Positions 20,053-29,895 of a stretch of DNA of 64,000 nucleotides are shown here, one piece after another (positions within the stretch are counted from its first letter, which is position 1; each line of letters opens with the position of its first letter). Under the pieces are notes generated by a model, which searched no databases, was not told where the DNA came from, and was given only the letters and a program-made list of their open reading frames with translations. This DNA is from an uncultured Thermotogae bacterium (lineage in GTDB: Bacteria > Bipolaricaulota > Bipolaricaulia > UBA7950 > UBA9294). Made by a program: the position numbers and the translations under genes. The stretch is from positions 12,728-76,727 of the forward strand of contig CAYXLR010000003.1 of assembly GCA_964466035.1 (NCBI GenBank), in the 5' to 3' direction.

Positions 20053-21798
20053 ATGGATCGAATTCTTCGCGTCAACATGACCGACCGGACGGCGGCGTTC
20101 GAGCCGCTGCCGGAGAAGTACCAACACCGGGCGGGTCGATGGCTGACGTCCAGCATCGTCCACGACGAGGTGCCGGCGACGTGCCACCCGCTGGGGCCGA
20201 ACAACAAGGTCGTCTTCTCGCCGGGGATCGTTACCGGAACGTCCTCTCCGACGTCGTCCCGGATCTCGGTCGGCGGGAAGTCGCCGCTCACCGGCGGGAT
20301 CAAGGAGGCGAACGCCGGAACCGGCTGGGGGCGGAGGCTCGCCCGCCTCGGGATTCGAGCGATCGTCGTCGAGGGCCAGCCGAAGGACGACGGGTTCTGG
20401 CTCCTCAAGGTGACGAAGGACGACGCGTCGTTCGAGCCGGCCGATGCGTGGACCGGGAAGAGACTCTCCGAGGTCTACCCGGACGTCTTCGCCGAGCACG
20501 GCGGTCCGAACACGGTCGACGTCTGCTCGATCGGCGTCGCCGGCGAACACCGGATGGCGGCCGCCGGGGTCTGCTTCAACGACCAGGAAGGACGCCCGAG
20601 CCGCTACGCCGGCCGCGGCGGCCTCGGAGCCGTCCTCGGAAGCAAGGGCCTTAAGTTCATCGTCGTCGACGACGGTAAGGCGGACGGGGTGGAGATCGCG
20701 GACGAGGAGCTGTTCGACGAGGGGCGGAAGAAGCTGGCCGCGGCGCTGACCGAGCACGCGATCACCAAGCCGAAAGGGGCGTTGAATACCTACGGAACCG
20801 CCGTCCTCGTCAACATCATCAACGAGGCCGGCGCGCTGCCGACGAACAACTTCAGATCGGGCCGGTTCGACGGCGCGGCGAAGATCGCCGGCGAGGCGAT
20901 CTTCGAGGGGAACAAGGAGCGCACCGGCGGTGAGCTTTACAACCACCCCTGCTCGCCGGGCTGCGTCATCTGCTGTTCGAACACGTGGCATCGCGAGGAC
21001 GGGACCGAGCACACCTCGTGCATCGAATACGAGTCGGCCTGGGCCCTCGGCGCCAACTGCAGGATCGACGATCTCGACCAGGTCGCCGAGCTCAACCAGC
21101 TGTGCAACGAGTATGGCCTCGACACGATCGAGATCGGCGGCGCGATCGCGGTCGCGATGGAGGGCGGCGTCGCGCCGTTCGGCGACGGCGCGCGCGCGAT
21201 CGAGCTCGTACACGAGATCGGCGAGGCGACGCCGCTCGGCAGGATCCTCGGCGGGGGAGCGCTGACGACCGGGAGGACGTTCGGCGTCGCCCGCGTCCCA
21301 CACGTGAAGGGGCAGAACATGCCGGCGTACGAGCCGCGGGCGATCAAGGGGATCGGGATGACCTACGCCGTCTCGACGATGGGGGCCGATCACACGTCCG
21401 GCTACACGATCGCGCCGGAGATCCTCGGCGTCTCCGGGAAGCTCGATCCGCTCAACCCGGACAAGGCCGAGCTGGCACGGACCTTCCAGTACGCGACGGC
21501 GTTCATCGATTCGACCGGCCACTGCCTGTTCATCGCGTTCGCGATCCTCGACATCGCCTCCGGGTTCGAGGGGATGATCGACGAGTGCAACGGCGTCCTC
21601 GGAACCGAATGGACGGCCGACGACGTCGCCCGGATCGGGAAGGAGATCCTCGAGCTCGAGCGCGACTTCAACCGCCGCGCCGGGTTCACCGAGCTCGACG
21701 ACCGGCTGCCTGAGTTCATGACGTACGAGCCGCTCCCGCCGCACGACGTCGTCTGGGACGTCGCCGACAGCGAGATCGACAAGGTGTTCCAAGCGTGA
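20053..21798 (+). CDS. aor: Aldehyde:ferredoxin oxidoreductase (tungsten/molybdopterin AOR family)
   Basis: AGGAGG RBS. 581 aa with AOR_N and AOR_C domains, a Cys ligand cluster (CSPGCVICCSNTWH) and the ...DSTGHCLF... pterin-binding region. Confidence 0.85.
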   Translation: MDRILRVNMTDRTAAFEPLPEKYQHRAGRWLTSSIVHDEVPATCHPLGPNNKVVFSPGIVTGTSSPTSSRISVGGKSPLTGGIKEANAGTGWGRRLARLGIRAIVVEGQPKDDGFWLLKVTKDDASFEPADAWTGKRLSEVYPDVFAEHGGPNTVDVCSIGVAGEHRMAAAGVCFNDQEGRPSRYAGRGGLGAVLGSKGLKFIVVDDGKADGVEIADEELFDEGRKKLAAALTEHAITKPKGALNTYGTAVLVNIINEAGALPTNNFRSGRFDGAAKIAGEAIFEGNKERTGGELYNHPCSPGCVICCSNTWHREDGTEHTSCIEYESAWALGANCRIDDLDQVAELNQLCNEYGLDTIEIGGAIAVAMEGGVAPFGDGARAIELVHEIGEATPLGRILGGGALTTGRTFGVARVPHVKGQNMPAYEPRAIKGIGMTYAVSTMGADHTSGYTIAPEILGVSGKLDPLNPDKAELARTFQYATAFIDSTGHCLFIAFAILDIASGFEGMIDECNGVLGTEWTADDVARIGKEILELERDFNRRAGFTELDDRLPEFMTYEPLPPHDVVWDVADSEIDKVFQA

Positions 21799-21821
21799 GC
21801 AGAAGCTCACGCTGGCCGTCC

Positions 21822-21856
21822 GGGAAGGCGAGCTCATCAGAGCCCGCCTTCCCGCG
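21822..21856 (+). terminator. Hairpin downstream of aor (GGGAAGGCG...CGCCTTCCC); putative terminator
   Basis: 9-bp GC-rich stem directly after the aor stop, with no clear U-tract. Confidence 0.25.
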
Positions 21857-21998
21857 TGGATGACGACCCGCAGCTACGAGTAGTAGATACTCAGGACATG
21901 GTCGAGGCACACCTGTACGGCAAGCCGCGAACTCGGCTCGTCGCCGAGTTCGTGTCGCGCCGTGATGACATACGCCGATGGGATGGGGTGACTTCGGG

Positions 21999-22358
21999 AT
22001 GATCCATGTTCACTTGTACGGAAAGCTAAGGCGGTTCGCGGAGGAACGAGACGCGCGCTTCGACTCGATTGTCTCGGTTCCTTGGCGGGCAGGCGATACG
22101 GTCGAAGCCATCGTCGAGCGGCTCGGAATCCCGATCGAGGAGCTCGGCAGCAACCTCTTTCTCAACGGCCGCTACGCGATCCTCGAGTCCCCGGTTGCGG
22201 ACGGAGACCGCCTCGGCCTCTTCCCCGACGACATGCAGCTTCTGTACAAGTGGTACTTTGCGCCGAGCTCCGGCTCGGCGGCCCCGAACCTGAGCACCGA
22301 CGATCCGGCCCCAGGTTCGGGGAAGTCGGAATCCGGGAGCGAGGAGCCCGAGAAGTGA
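21999..22358 (+). CDS. MoaD/ThiS-like ubiquitin-fold protein with C-terminal extension (no GG terminus)
   Basis: MIHVHLYGKLRRF... beta-grasp start and a DGDRLGLFP motif, but the protein continues for about 40 more aa (DDMQLLYKWYF...SGSEEPEK) and does not end at Gly-Gly. Confidence 0.4.
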   Translation: MIHVHLYGKLRRFAEERDARFDSIVSVPWRAGDTVEAIVERLGIPIEELGSNLFLNGRYAILESPVADGDRLGLFPDDMQLLYKWYFAPSSGSAAPNLSTDDPAPGSGKSESGSEEPEK

Positions 22359-22596
22359 GGGTCCAGGTTCGCCTCTACGCGGCCCTCGTCGCGGCGTGGC
22401 CGGGGGTCCGCGCCGGCGAGCCGATCGACGTCGAACTCCGCGACGAGGCCCGCCTTCCCGATCTGCTTCGGAGACTGCGGATCGAGCCCCGCGCCGTCCA
22501 CCTCGCGATCCTCAACGGGCGACCGGTCCACGATCGCGCGTGCCGTCTGTCGGACGGCGCCGCCTCGGCCTCTTCCCCCCGGTCGGCGGCGGCTGA
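22352..22596 (+). CDS. moaD: MoaD-like sulfur-carrier protein, apparent -1 frameshift before the C-terminal GG
   Basis: The GTG start overlaps the upstream stop (GTGA). Frame A reads MRVQVRLYAALV...AILNGRPVHDRACRLSDGAA. One frame over, the sequence reads LGLFPPVGGG-stop, the canonical MoaD terminus. The switch lies at a CTTCCCCCCGG homopolymer. Confidence 0.4.
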
Positions 22597-22656
22597 GCGG
22601 TCCGCCGCGCCGTGTGGTACCATGGAGGATCGCCAAGACGCATCAGGAGGTCCCGA

Positions 22657-23208
22657 ATGAAGGCAGTCGTCGTTCCCGCAGTGTTGGTGCTTTCGTTGGC
22701 CGTCCCGATCCTCGCGCTCGGAGCCAACGCATACACGATCGTCCCGGCCGGCGCGGCAGGACCCGGCCTGTACCTCGACAAGGTCGGACCGCTCCTCGAG
22801 GGGAGCGAGAGCCTTCCGGTCGTCGAGCGTCTCCCGCGGATCGCCAGGCAGCCCTTGTGGGCGGTCTACGAGATCGGCGAGCCGGTCACCGGCGGCTGCA
22901 AGATGTACGACCAGGATGACATGCTCGTCCGCGGCTCCTCGATCATCGTCGAGCTGTATCGACTGTCCTTCTATCGCCAGGTAGCCTATTACGAGCTCCT
23001 CTATCGCGAGCGGGTCCGCTGCGACATGCCTTCGGGGATCTACCGGTTCTCGGTCCCGACGGACGGGCTCGAGGCGGCGTTCTACCAGATCCGTCTCGGA
23101 CTCCCGAACGGAACCAATCTGGATCCCGAGTTCCGGATTCAGATCGGCGACGCGGTCTTCACCAACGACGTGCCCCCGGAGGAGGGAGCGGGATGCGGCT
23201 GCGGCTAG
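22657..23208 (+). CDS. Secreted hypothetical protein
   Basis: AGGAGG RBS. Signal peptide MKAVVVPAVLVLSLAVPILALGANA. Protein ends CGCG. Confidence 0.5.
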   Translation: MKAVVVPAVLVLSLAVPILALGANAYTIVPAGAAGPGLYLDKVGPLLEGSESLPVVERLPRIARQPLWAVYEIGEPVTGGCKMYDQDDMLVRGSSIIVELYRLSFYRQVAYYELLYRERVRCDMPSGIYRFSVPTDGLEAAFYQIRLGLPNGTNLDPEFRIQIGDAVFTNDVPPEEGAGCGCG

Positions 23209-23330
23209 CCCGCAGCGCGCCGGCGGTTCCGCCGACGGTTCGGACCGCTTGAACCACCGCGTCGACGTCCTGCCGGCTACTGGACGGTTTCGCTATCATC
23301 CTATCCAGCTCGTGTGCGGAGCGGACCTCG

Positions 23331-24317
23331 ATGACAGAACCGAACAAGAGCGGCGAGAGCGACGTGTTCGACCGGATCCGAAGCGCGTGCCGTATCGTGG
23401 CCGAGCGGGCCGAGCACGTCCGCATCCGTGCGGAGCGCATCGAGACGTACGCCGCGGCGCTTCCGGCCGGTGAGCTCGGTCCCCCTCCGCTCGACGCCGA
23501 TCGGCACTTCGTCGGCGACGAGGCGGAGACCGTCGCCTACTTCGTCACGCTCGACGCGATCAACTTCGGCTCCGGCTACTTCCCGTACCTGGCCAAGCGG
23601 GCGGGGATGTCGGGCTACTACACGATCGCCGCCGGTCTCGCCGATCGATTCCGTGCGAACGGACCGTTCTCGGCCTCGGAGCTGGCCGCGATCGCGCCGC
23701 GCGACTGCGCCCGGACGTTCGGGCAGGACATGAAGTCCTTCCTGATTCGGGAGCTCATGGGGCTGTTCGCCCGCGCGTTGAGCGACCTCGGGGCGCACGT
23801 CGAACGTCGATTCGACGGCCGGTTCGACGGACCGATCGAGGCGGCCGATCGATCGGCCGGCCGGTTGATCGAGATTCTCTCCGCGCAGCCTCTCTTCCGC
23901 GACGAGGTGCCGTATCGCGGCCTCGCCGTCCCCTTCTACAAGCGCGCCCAGCTCCTCGCGTCCGACCTGGCGCTCGCCTTCGACGGAGAGGGCCCCGGCC
24001 GGTTCCGCGACCTCGATCGGCTGACGATCTTCGCCGACAACCTCGTCCCCCACGTCCTGAGGGCCGACGGCCTGCTCGAGTACTCCGATCCGCTGGCCGA
24101 TGCGATCGAGCGCGGAGCGCTCATTCGGGCCGGATCCGACGAGGAGATCGAGATCCGAGCCTGCGCCGTGCACTGCGTCGAGCTGATCCGAGAGGCGCTG
24201 GCCGAATCCGGCCGCACCGTCTCGTCTCGGGACCTCGATCAGACCCTCTGGCATCGGGGCCAGGAAGCCGCGTACAAGCGCAGGAAGCGGCATCGAACGC
24301 GGACCGTCTTCTACTGA
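23331..24317 (+). CDS. Queuosine-salvage family protein (DUF2419/Qng1-like); tentative
   Basis: 328 aa. The FYKRAQL and LDAINFGSGYFP motifs resemble the Q_salvage family. The call is from memory of the family and not from a search. Confidence 0.45.
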   Translation: MTEPNKSGESDVFDRIRSACRIVAERAEHVRIRAERIETYAAALPAGELGPPPLDADRHFVGDEAETVAYFVTLDAINFGSGYFPYLAKRAGMSGYYTIAAGLADRFRANGPFSASELAAIAPRDCARTFGQDMKSFLIRELMGLFARALSDLGAHVERRFDGRFDGPIEAADRSAGRLIEILSAQPLFRDEVPYRGLAVPFYKRAQLLASDLALAFDGEGPGRFRDLDRLTIFADNLVPHVLRADGLLEYSDPLADAIERGALIRAGSDEEIEIRACAVHCVELIREALAESGRTVSSRDLDQTLWHRGQEAAYKRRKRHRTRTVFY

Positions 24318-24709
24318 GCCGCCTGCTCCTCGTCCGCTTCGATCGTCACCAGCTCGCGGAACCCCTCGAGGACGACCGGTCCGATCCCGCTGACCGCGAC
24401 GAGCTCTTCGATCGACGCGAACCGACCGTGCGCCTCGCGATACGCGACGATCCGACCGGCGAGCACCTCCCCGATCCCCGGCAGCCGCACCAGCCCCTCG
24501 ACCGACGCGGTGTTCAGATCGATCTTCCGCGCGTCGTGGTACGTCGGGAGGACGACGAGAACGTTCTCCAAGACGATCGGCTCGCTGTGCAGGGCGGCGG
24601 GCGGGCGCTCGCGCGCGAGATAGAAGACGACGCCGCTCGCCAGCAGCGCGATCGCGATGAGGAGGATCAGCCCCCGCTCCGGAAGCGGGAGCGACCGCGC
24701 CTTCATCGG
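24311..24709 (-). CDS. comEA: ComEA-type helix-hairpin-helix DNA-binding protein
   Basis: N-terminal TM anchor and a C-terminal tandem HhH (IDLNTASVEGLVRLPGIGEVLAGRIVAYREAHGRFASIEEL). Confidence 0.7.
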   Translation of the reverse strand, partial: PMKARSLPLPERGLILLIAIALLASGVVFYLARERPPAALHSEPIVLENVLVVLPTYHDARKIDLNTASVEGLVRLPGIGEVLAGRIVAYREAHGRFASIEELVAVSGIGPVVLEGFRELVTIEADEEQAAQ

Positions 24710-25218
24710 AACAGCTCGTTGATCCGCTCGATCCCGGCCGCCTCCCGCTGCAGGCGCATGACCTCGGGCAGCCGCTCGTACCGGCGCCACCCGAACTTGT
24801 CCGAGAAGGCCTTCACGAACAGCGCCCGCAGCGCCCCCCGCAGCCCGGGGTCCCGATCGAGGAGCCCGCCGTGCCGATCGGCGAGGCGCTCGAGATCCGG
24901 AACGTAGACGTCGATCCGCGCGGCCTCGCGAAACGTCGCGATCGCCCGTTCGGGCTCCTCGGGCAGGATCTCCGCCGCCGCCTCGAACAGCCTCCGCCGC
25001 GCCATTTCGGCCTGGGCGGCGGCACGCATCCGGCGCCTATTCTCGCGATACTCCCGTCCCTTCCGCGGTGGAATCGGCAGGATCGCCCGCGCGCAGTCGT
25101 CCGCGGGATCGGGGAACGCGCCCGGATCCTTCCGGATCTCACCGTGCCACGCCAAGCAGTCTTCACACGTCAGGTAGTTGACGTTGGTGTAAAACTGGTA
25201 TCTCGTCTTCCGAAACAT
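24703..25218 (-). CDS. Hypothetical protein
   Basis: Start at MFRKTRYQFYTN. Overlaps comEA by 7 nt. No motif recognised. Confidence 0.4.
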   Translation of the reverse strand: MFRKTRYQFYTNVNYLTCEDCLAWHGEIRKDPGAFPDPADDCARAILPIPPRKGREYRENRRRMRAAAQAEMARRRLFEAAAEILPEEPERAIATFREAARIDVYVPDLERLADRHGGLLDRDPGLRGALRALFVKAFSDKFGWRRYERLPEVMRLQREAAGIERINELFR

Positions 25219-25309
25219 GAGCTCTCCGCCGAGTGTAGTGACGGACGCTCGACCGCGCAAGACGGGTCGCAGGATCGCTCCTCGTCGGCGCATGGACGAT
25301 CTGGAAGGC

Positions 25310-26113
25310 CTAGCCCGTCGTCCCCTCGAGCCGCGACTCGAGGCCGCGGAGGCCCTCGAGGACGGAGTGCTCGGTCATGTCGAGGTGGATCGGGGTGATC
25401 GAGACGAATCCGGCGGCGATCGCCGCGATGTCCGTGTCCGTCTCCTCCGGCGGGACGTTCGTCAGCGGATCCCCGGAGATCCAGTAGTAGTTCCGCCCCT
25501 GCGGGTCCTTCCCGGTCACCAGGTAGTTGGTATACGCTTCCCCCCCGAGGCGCGTGATCTTCGCCCTCAGCGCGCGCTCCGACGGAAGGTACGGCACGTT
25601 GACGTTGAGGACGATCCCCCTCGGAAAGCCGCCCTCCCTCAAGAAATGCGCCGCCAGCCGGGCGGAGAACGCCGCGGCGCCCGAGTAGTCCGGCGCATCG
25701 GTCCGATCGCTGACGGTGTCGTACGAGACGGCGATCGCCGGGACGTCGGCCCGCGCCCCTTCCATCGCCGCAGCGACCGTACCGGAGTACGAGACGTCGC
25801 GGCCGAGGTTCAGCCCGTCGTTGATCCCGGTGACGATGAGGTCGGGAGGCGCGTCGAGAAGCCCGAGGAGGGCGAGGGAGACGCAGTCCGAAGGCGTGCC
25901 GTTGGTGACGTGCCCGACGCTCCCGTCGAGCAGGCGCACCTCGTCGACGCGGAGCGGTTTGTGGAACGTCCGCGTCCGGCTCGCCGCCGACCAGTTCCGC
26001 TCCGGCGCGAAGATCTCCACCCTTCCGATCTCCGCCAGCGAACGGCGAAGCGCGAGAAGCCCCGGGGCGTTCACCCCGTCGTCGTTGGTCACCAGGATGA
26101 CCGGTTCTCCCAC
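25310..26113 (-). CDS. surE: 5'/3'-nucleotidase SurE
   Basis: ILVTNDDGVNAPGL N-terminus and GINDGLNLG motif. 267 aa. Confidence 0.85.
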   Translation of the reverse strand: MGEPVILVTNDDGVNAPGLLALRRSLAEIGRVEIFAPERNWSAASRTRTFHKPLRVDEVRLLDGSVGHVTNGTPSDCVSLALLGLLDAPPDLIVTGINDGLNLGRDVSYSGTVAAAMEGARADVPAIAVSYDTVSDRTDAPDYSGAAAFSARLAAHFLREGGFPRGIVLNVNVPYLPSERALRAKITRLGGEAYTNYLVTGKDPQGRNYYWISGDPLTNVPPEETDTDIAAIAAGFVSITPIHLDMTEHSVLEGLRGLESRLEGTTG

Positions 26114-26128
26114 GATCCCCTCCTTCGT

Positions 26129-26686
26129 TCAGTCCTCGCCCGTCCGATAGAACAGGAGCCGATTGTCGCCGTAGCGCCGCGCGTCGACAAGGCGCAGCGC
26201 GCCGTACGCCTCTCCCGCCTCCTCGGTCCGGTGAATCTCCCCCACGACCACCGGATCTTCAGCCAACGCGCGCCCGTCTCCCAGCACCGCGAGCGTCTTC
26301 GGGACGAGCTCGCGGAAATACGGAGGACCGACGAAGACGACGTCGTAGCGGCGTCCGCGCCGCGCGAGCTCCTCGACCATTCGGAGGGAATCCCCCTCGA
26401 ACACCTCGCCGACCGAAAGGAGGTCGAGCGCGTCCAGGTTCCGGCGGACGATCGAGCACGCCTCGGCGGACGCATCGACGAAGGTGCACGACCGCGCGCC
26501 CCGGGAAATCGCCTCCAGCCCGACGCTCCCGGTCCCGGCGTACAGGTCGAGGAACGCCGCGCCCGGAACGAAGTCGGCCAGAATGCTAAACAGCGCGCCG
26601 CGGACGAAGTCGCGCATCGGTCGGATCCGGCCTTCCTCCCAATCGACCAGCTTCCGTCCCCGATGGCTCCCGCCGATAATCCGCAT
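26129..26686 (-). CDS. rsmD: 16S rRNA (guanine966-N2)-methyltransferase RsmD
   Basis: LDLYAGTGSVGLEAISRGA, VFVGPPY (DPPY-type) motif and 185 aa. Confidence 0.8.
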   Translation of the reverse strand: MRIIGGSHRGRKLVDWEEGRIRPMRDFVRGALFSILADFVPGAAFLDLYAGTGSVGLEAISRGARSCTFVDASAEACSIVRRNLDALDLLSVGEVFEGDSLRMVEELARRGRRYDVVFVGPPYFRELVPKTLAVLGDGRALAEDPVVVGEIHRTEEAGEAYGALRLVDARRYGDNRLLFYRTGED

Positions 26687-26731
26687 GCTCCTTGCACCTT
26701 CCGAACCCCGTAGCTAAGATCACAACGCGAT

Positions 26732-27487
26732 TTGACGCGCGATAGTTCCGGCAAGGATAGACGAGGGAGGTTCGCCATTCAAACGGATCCGCTCGACGGC
26801 CTCGAGGCCGTCGTCTTCGATCTGGACGGCACGCTCTGCCGGTACACGATCTCCGTCGAGGAGGTCTTCCGCGTCGCGCTCCCCCGCGCCGGGATCGACC
26901 CGGACGTCCTCGGCGATCCGGCAGAGGCCGCGGCGGAGTACGCCCAGCTGTGGGGCGAGGTCCAGGCGACCCTCGAATCGACGGACCGGATCCGCTTGCA
27001 CATCATCGAGCGGCTGTTCGGCGAACGCGGCGGCGTCGACGTGACCCGGGCGGCGCACCTCTCCGACGCGTACGGCGCGGTCCGCGACGAAACGGGCATC
27101 CGCGCGTTCGACGGGGCCGGGGAGCTTCTCGAGGACCTGAAGGGACGGTACGCGCTCGGGCTCCTGACCAACGGCCCGTCGGACATGCAATGGGAGAAGA
27201 TCCGGTCGCTCGATCTCGGCCGCGCGTTCGACGCGATCGTCGTCGCCGGCGACATCGGAATCTACAAGCCGGACAGGCGGGCGTTCGAGACGCTCCTCTC
27301 ACGGCTCGACGTCCGGCCGTCCTCGTCGCTGTTCGTCGGCGACAACCACGAGCTGGACATCGTCGGCGCCCATCGCGCCGGGATGCGAACGGCGTGGGTC
27401 AAGAGGGACGGGGCCTGCCCGAGCGAGGACGTCGCCCCGGACATCGAGATCACCGGCGTCACGGCCCTTCGTGAGGTGCTCCTGTGA
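26732..27487 (+). CDS. HAD-superfamily hydrolase
   Basis: VVFDLDGTL motif I, LTNGP motif II and FVGDNHELD motif III. The true start is probably downstream of the listed M. Confidence 0.65.
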   Translation: MTRDSSGKDRRGRFAIQTDPLDGLEAVVFDLDGTLCRYTISVEEVFRVALPRAGIDPDVLGDPAEAAAEYAQLWGEVQATLESTDRIRLHIIERLFGERGGVDVTRAAHLSDAYGAVRDETGIRAFDGAGELLEDLKGRYALGLLTNGPSDMQWEKIRSLDLGRAFDAIVVAGDIGIYKPDRRAFETLLSRLDVRPSSSLFVGDNHELDIVGAHRAGMRTAWVKRDGACPSEDVAPDIEITGVTALREVLL

Positions 27488-28356
27488 GTCCCGGGGCGCG
27501 CCGGTTGCTGGTCGGCGGCCTCGCGTTGGTGCTTTTCGCCGCGACGGTGCTCGGACAGGGAATCGAGCTGCCGCGAGATGTCCCGCCGTTCAACCAGGCG
27601 TACACCGACGGGCCGGACGCGTGGGGGGACTGCGCGCTCGGCACCGAAGGATGTCCAGATCAGGTCTGCACCACCGGTTGCCTGACGACGGCGTTCGCCT
27701 CGGTCCTCGCCTACTACGGGGTCGAGCTCTCCGTCGCGCCCGAGGAGTCCTGCACCGGCCGCGCCCGATCCGGGATGAATCCGGGGATCCTCAACGATTG
27801 GCTCCGCGCGAACGGGGCGTACGGGCGCTGCGTCCAGGATCCGGTCGGGAACTGCTGCCTCGTGTGGGGACGATTGCCGGACGGCGTCGAGCTGACCTTC
27901 CACGTCAACCGGAGCGACGTCGGCCTGAACCCGGTCGCGTCGGTCGTCATCGACCACGCGCTCCGTCAGGGGCGTCCGATCGTCGCCGGCGTCCATTGGG
28001 GCGCCTCCTGCCACGGCGACACCGGCCAGACCGAGGACTGCCACTGGGTCGTCCTCACCGGGAAGACCGCCGATACGTATTCGATCATCGATCCGTACAA
28101 CGCGGACCCCGCGAGCCCGTATGGGATTCGGACCACCCTCGATGCGGGCGTCCACGGCGCGTACGTCATCGATCGGTTCGTCGTCGTGGAGTACAGCTCG
28201 ACGGCGTCGACCGCCGCGCAGGCTTCTCAGTCCGCAGGAGAAGCCGAGCCGGAGCGTCCGTCCGAACCGTCCGCGCTCGTTCTCCTCGCCGCCCTCGCCC
28301 TCGTGGCGGCGCTCGTCCTCCTCGTCACGGCGACCGGCAACGAAGCCGCCCCTTAG
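27484..28356 (+). CDS. Membrane-anchored secreted protein with a papain-like/C39-like cysteine peptidase domain; tentative
   Basis: Signal peptide. Cys in CTTGCLTTAFASVLAYYG and a downstream His in CHWVVLTG are arranged like a Cys/His dyad. C-terminal hydrophobic anchor (LVLLAALALVAALVLLV). Confidence 0.4.
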   Translation: MSPGARRLLVGGLALVLFAATVLGQGIELPRDVPPFNQAYTDGPDAWGDCALGTEGCPDQVCTTGCLTTAFASVLAYYGVELSVAPEESCTGRARSGMNPGILNDWLRANGAYGRCVQDPVGNCCLVWGRLPDGVELTFHVNRSDVGLNPVASVVIDHALRQGRPIVAGVHWGASCHGDTGQTEDCHWVVLTGKTADTYSIIDPYNADPASPYGIRTTLDAGVHGAYVIDRFVVVEYSSTASTAAQASQSAGEAEPERPSEPSALVLLAALALVAALVLLVTATGNEAAP

Positions 28357-29135
28357 AGCAGGTCGAGAATCAACACGCTCAACCCGACGCCGGCGCAGTA
28401 GATCGAGAAAAACCAGAGGCGCGAGCGCCGGACGATCGCCAGCAGCGCGCGCACGCCGAGGATCCCGACGACGAAGGCGACGGCGGTCCCCACGGCGATC
28501 CCGCCCCAATCCCCGCTCCACCCTCCCCCTGCCGACGCGTCCCACAGGTTGAGGAGCGCCGCACCGAGGAGCGCCGGGATCGACAACAGGAACGAGAACC
28601 GCGCCGCGCGCGACGGCTCGATCCTCCGCGACACGCCGGCCGAGATCGTCACACCGCTTCGCGACACGCCGGGAAGCAGGGCGAGCGCCTGGGCGATCCC
28701 CACGATGAGGGAGTCGACGAACCGCGGTTCGCGACGGGTCGCCCTCGCGCGCAACCGCTCGGCGGCGATCAACGCGAGCGCCGTGAACAGCAGCCCGCCC
28801 CCGACGACCGCAAGCGAGGAGAAGACCGTGTCGGCCACGGGACGGAAGAGGAGCCCGGCGACGACGATCGGGATCGTCCCCGCGATGAGGAGGCCGATCT
28901 CCTTCCTCCGCTCGATCGTCCCCCGCCGGGTGAACGCCAGGGCAAGCTCGGCCAAGTCGGCCCGGAAGACCCAAAGGACCGCCCCGAGCGTCCCCAGGTG
29001 GAGGAACGCCTCGAGGAGGACGCCTGGAGGATGGAGGCCGAGGAGCCGTTCGCCAATCACCAGGTGCCCGGAGCTCGACACGGGGAGGAACTCGGTCAAC
29101 CCCTGGACCAGTCCGAGCAGCGCGTAGCGGATCAT
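28353..29135 (-). CDS. uppP: Undecaprenyl-diphosphate phosphatase
   Basis: LTEFLPVSSSGHL and PGVSRSGVTI signature motifs. 260 aa. Start at MIRYALLG. Confidence 0.85.
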   Translation of the reverse strand: MIRYALLGLVQGLTEFLPVSSSGHLVIGERLLGLHPPGVLLEAFLHLGTLGAVLWVFRADLAELALAFTRRGTIERRKEIGLLIAGTIPIVVAGLLFRPVADTVFSSLAVVGGGLLFTALALIAAERLRARATRREPRFVDSLIVGIAQALALLPGVSRSGVTISAGVSRRIEPSRAARFSFLLSIPALLGAALLNLWDASAGGGWSGDWGGIAVGTAVAFVVGILGVRALLAIVRRSRLWFFSIYCAGVGLSVLILDLL

Positions 29136-29883
29136 CGCTTTCCTTGCGGGCCGTACCGGAGGGACAACGCCCCGAGTTTGCAGGCCTCGACGCACTCCCC
29201 GCACTTGATGCAGTTGTGGTTGTCGTGGTCGATGTGAGGATCGAGCCCCATCGGGCAGGACTCCGCGCACACGCGGCAGCCGGTGCAGCGGTCCGGGGCC
29301 AGGCGCAGATGCAGGAGGCTGACGCGGTTGAACAGGGAGAGGATCGCGCCCATCGGACACAGGTAGCGGCACCAGAACCGGGCGATGAGGACCATCCCGA
29401 CGAGCGTCGCTCCGAGGGTCGCCATGTGAATCAGAAACGGCTGATTCACCTTCGCCACGCCGAGGAACAGGTACGGAATCGACGCCTCGATCGACGCCGC
29501 CGGACAGAGCTTGCAGAACATCGTGTCGGCGAAGACCCACGCCGCGACCAGCGTCCCGATCAGGATCGCGAACTTCGAGTAGGAGACCGAATCCCTGATC
29601 CTCACCTTCCGGAACGCCAGCAGGTCGTTCAGCGTTCCGAACGGGCAGAACCAGCCGCAGAAGCCGCGCCCGGCGATCAGCCCGTACGCGACGATCGCCC
29701 CGATCCAGAAGAACGGGATCGTGCCGAAGACGACCATGTTCTGAATCAGCCCGACCGGACAGACCGTCACCGCCAGCGGGCAAGCGTAACAGTGCAGGCC
29801 GGGGAAGATCAGGTGCGTCATCCCGATCCCGGTGGCCCCGAACAGGCCGAGCAGCAGGCCGGCCGCTTGCGCGATTCGACGTC
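29132..29883 (-). CDS. Membrane-bound 4Fe-4S polyferredoxin-like protein (NapH/MauN-type)
   Basis: Four TM-associated CxxC(P) pairs plus a C-terminal 2x CxxCxxCxxxCP ferredoxin domain. GTG start with GGAGGG RBS. Confidence 0.6.
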
Positions 29884-29895
29884 GGCTCCCGAGCC

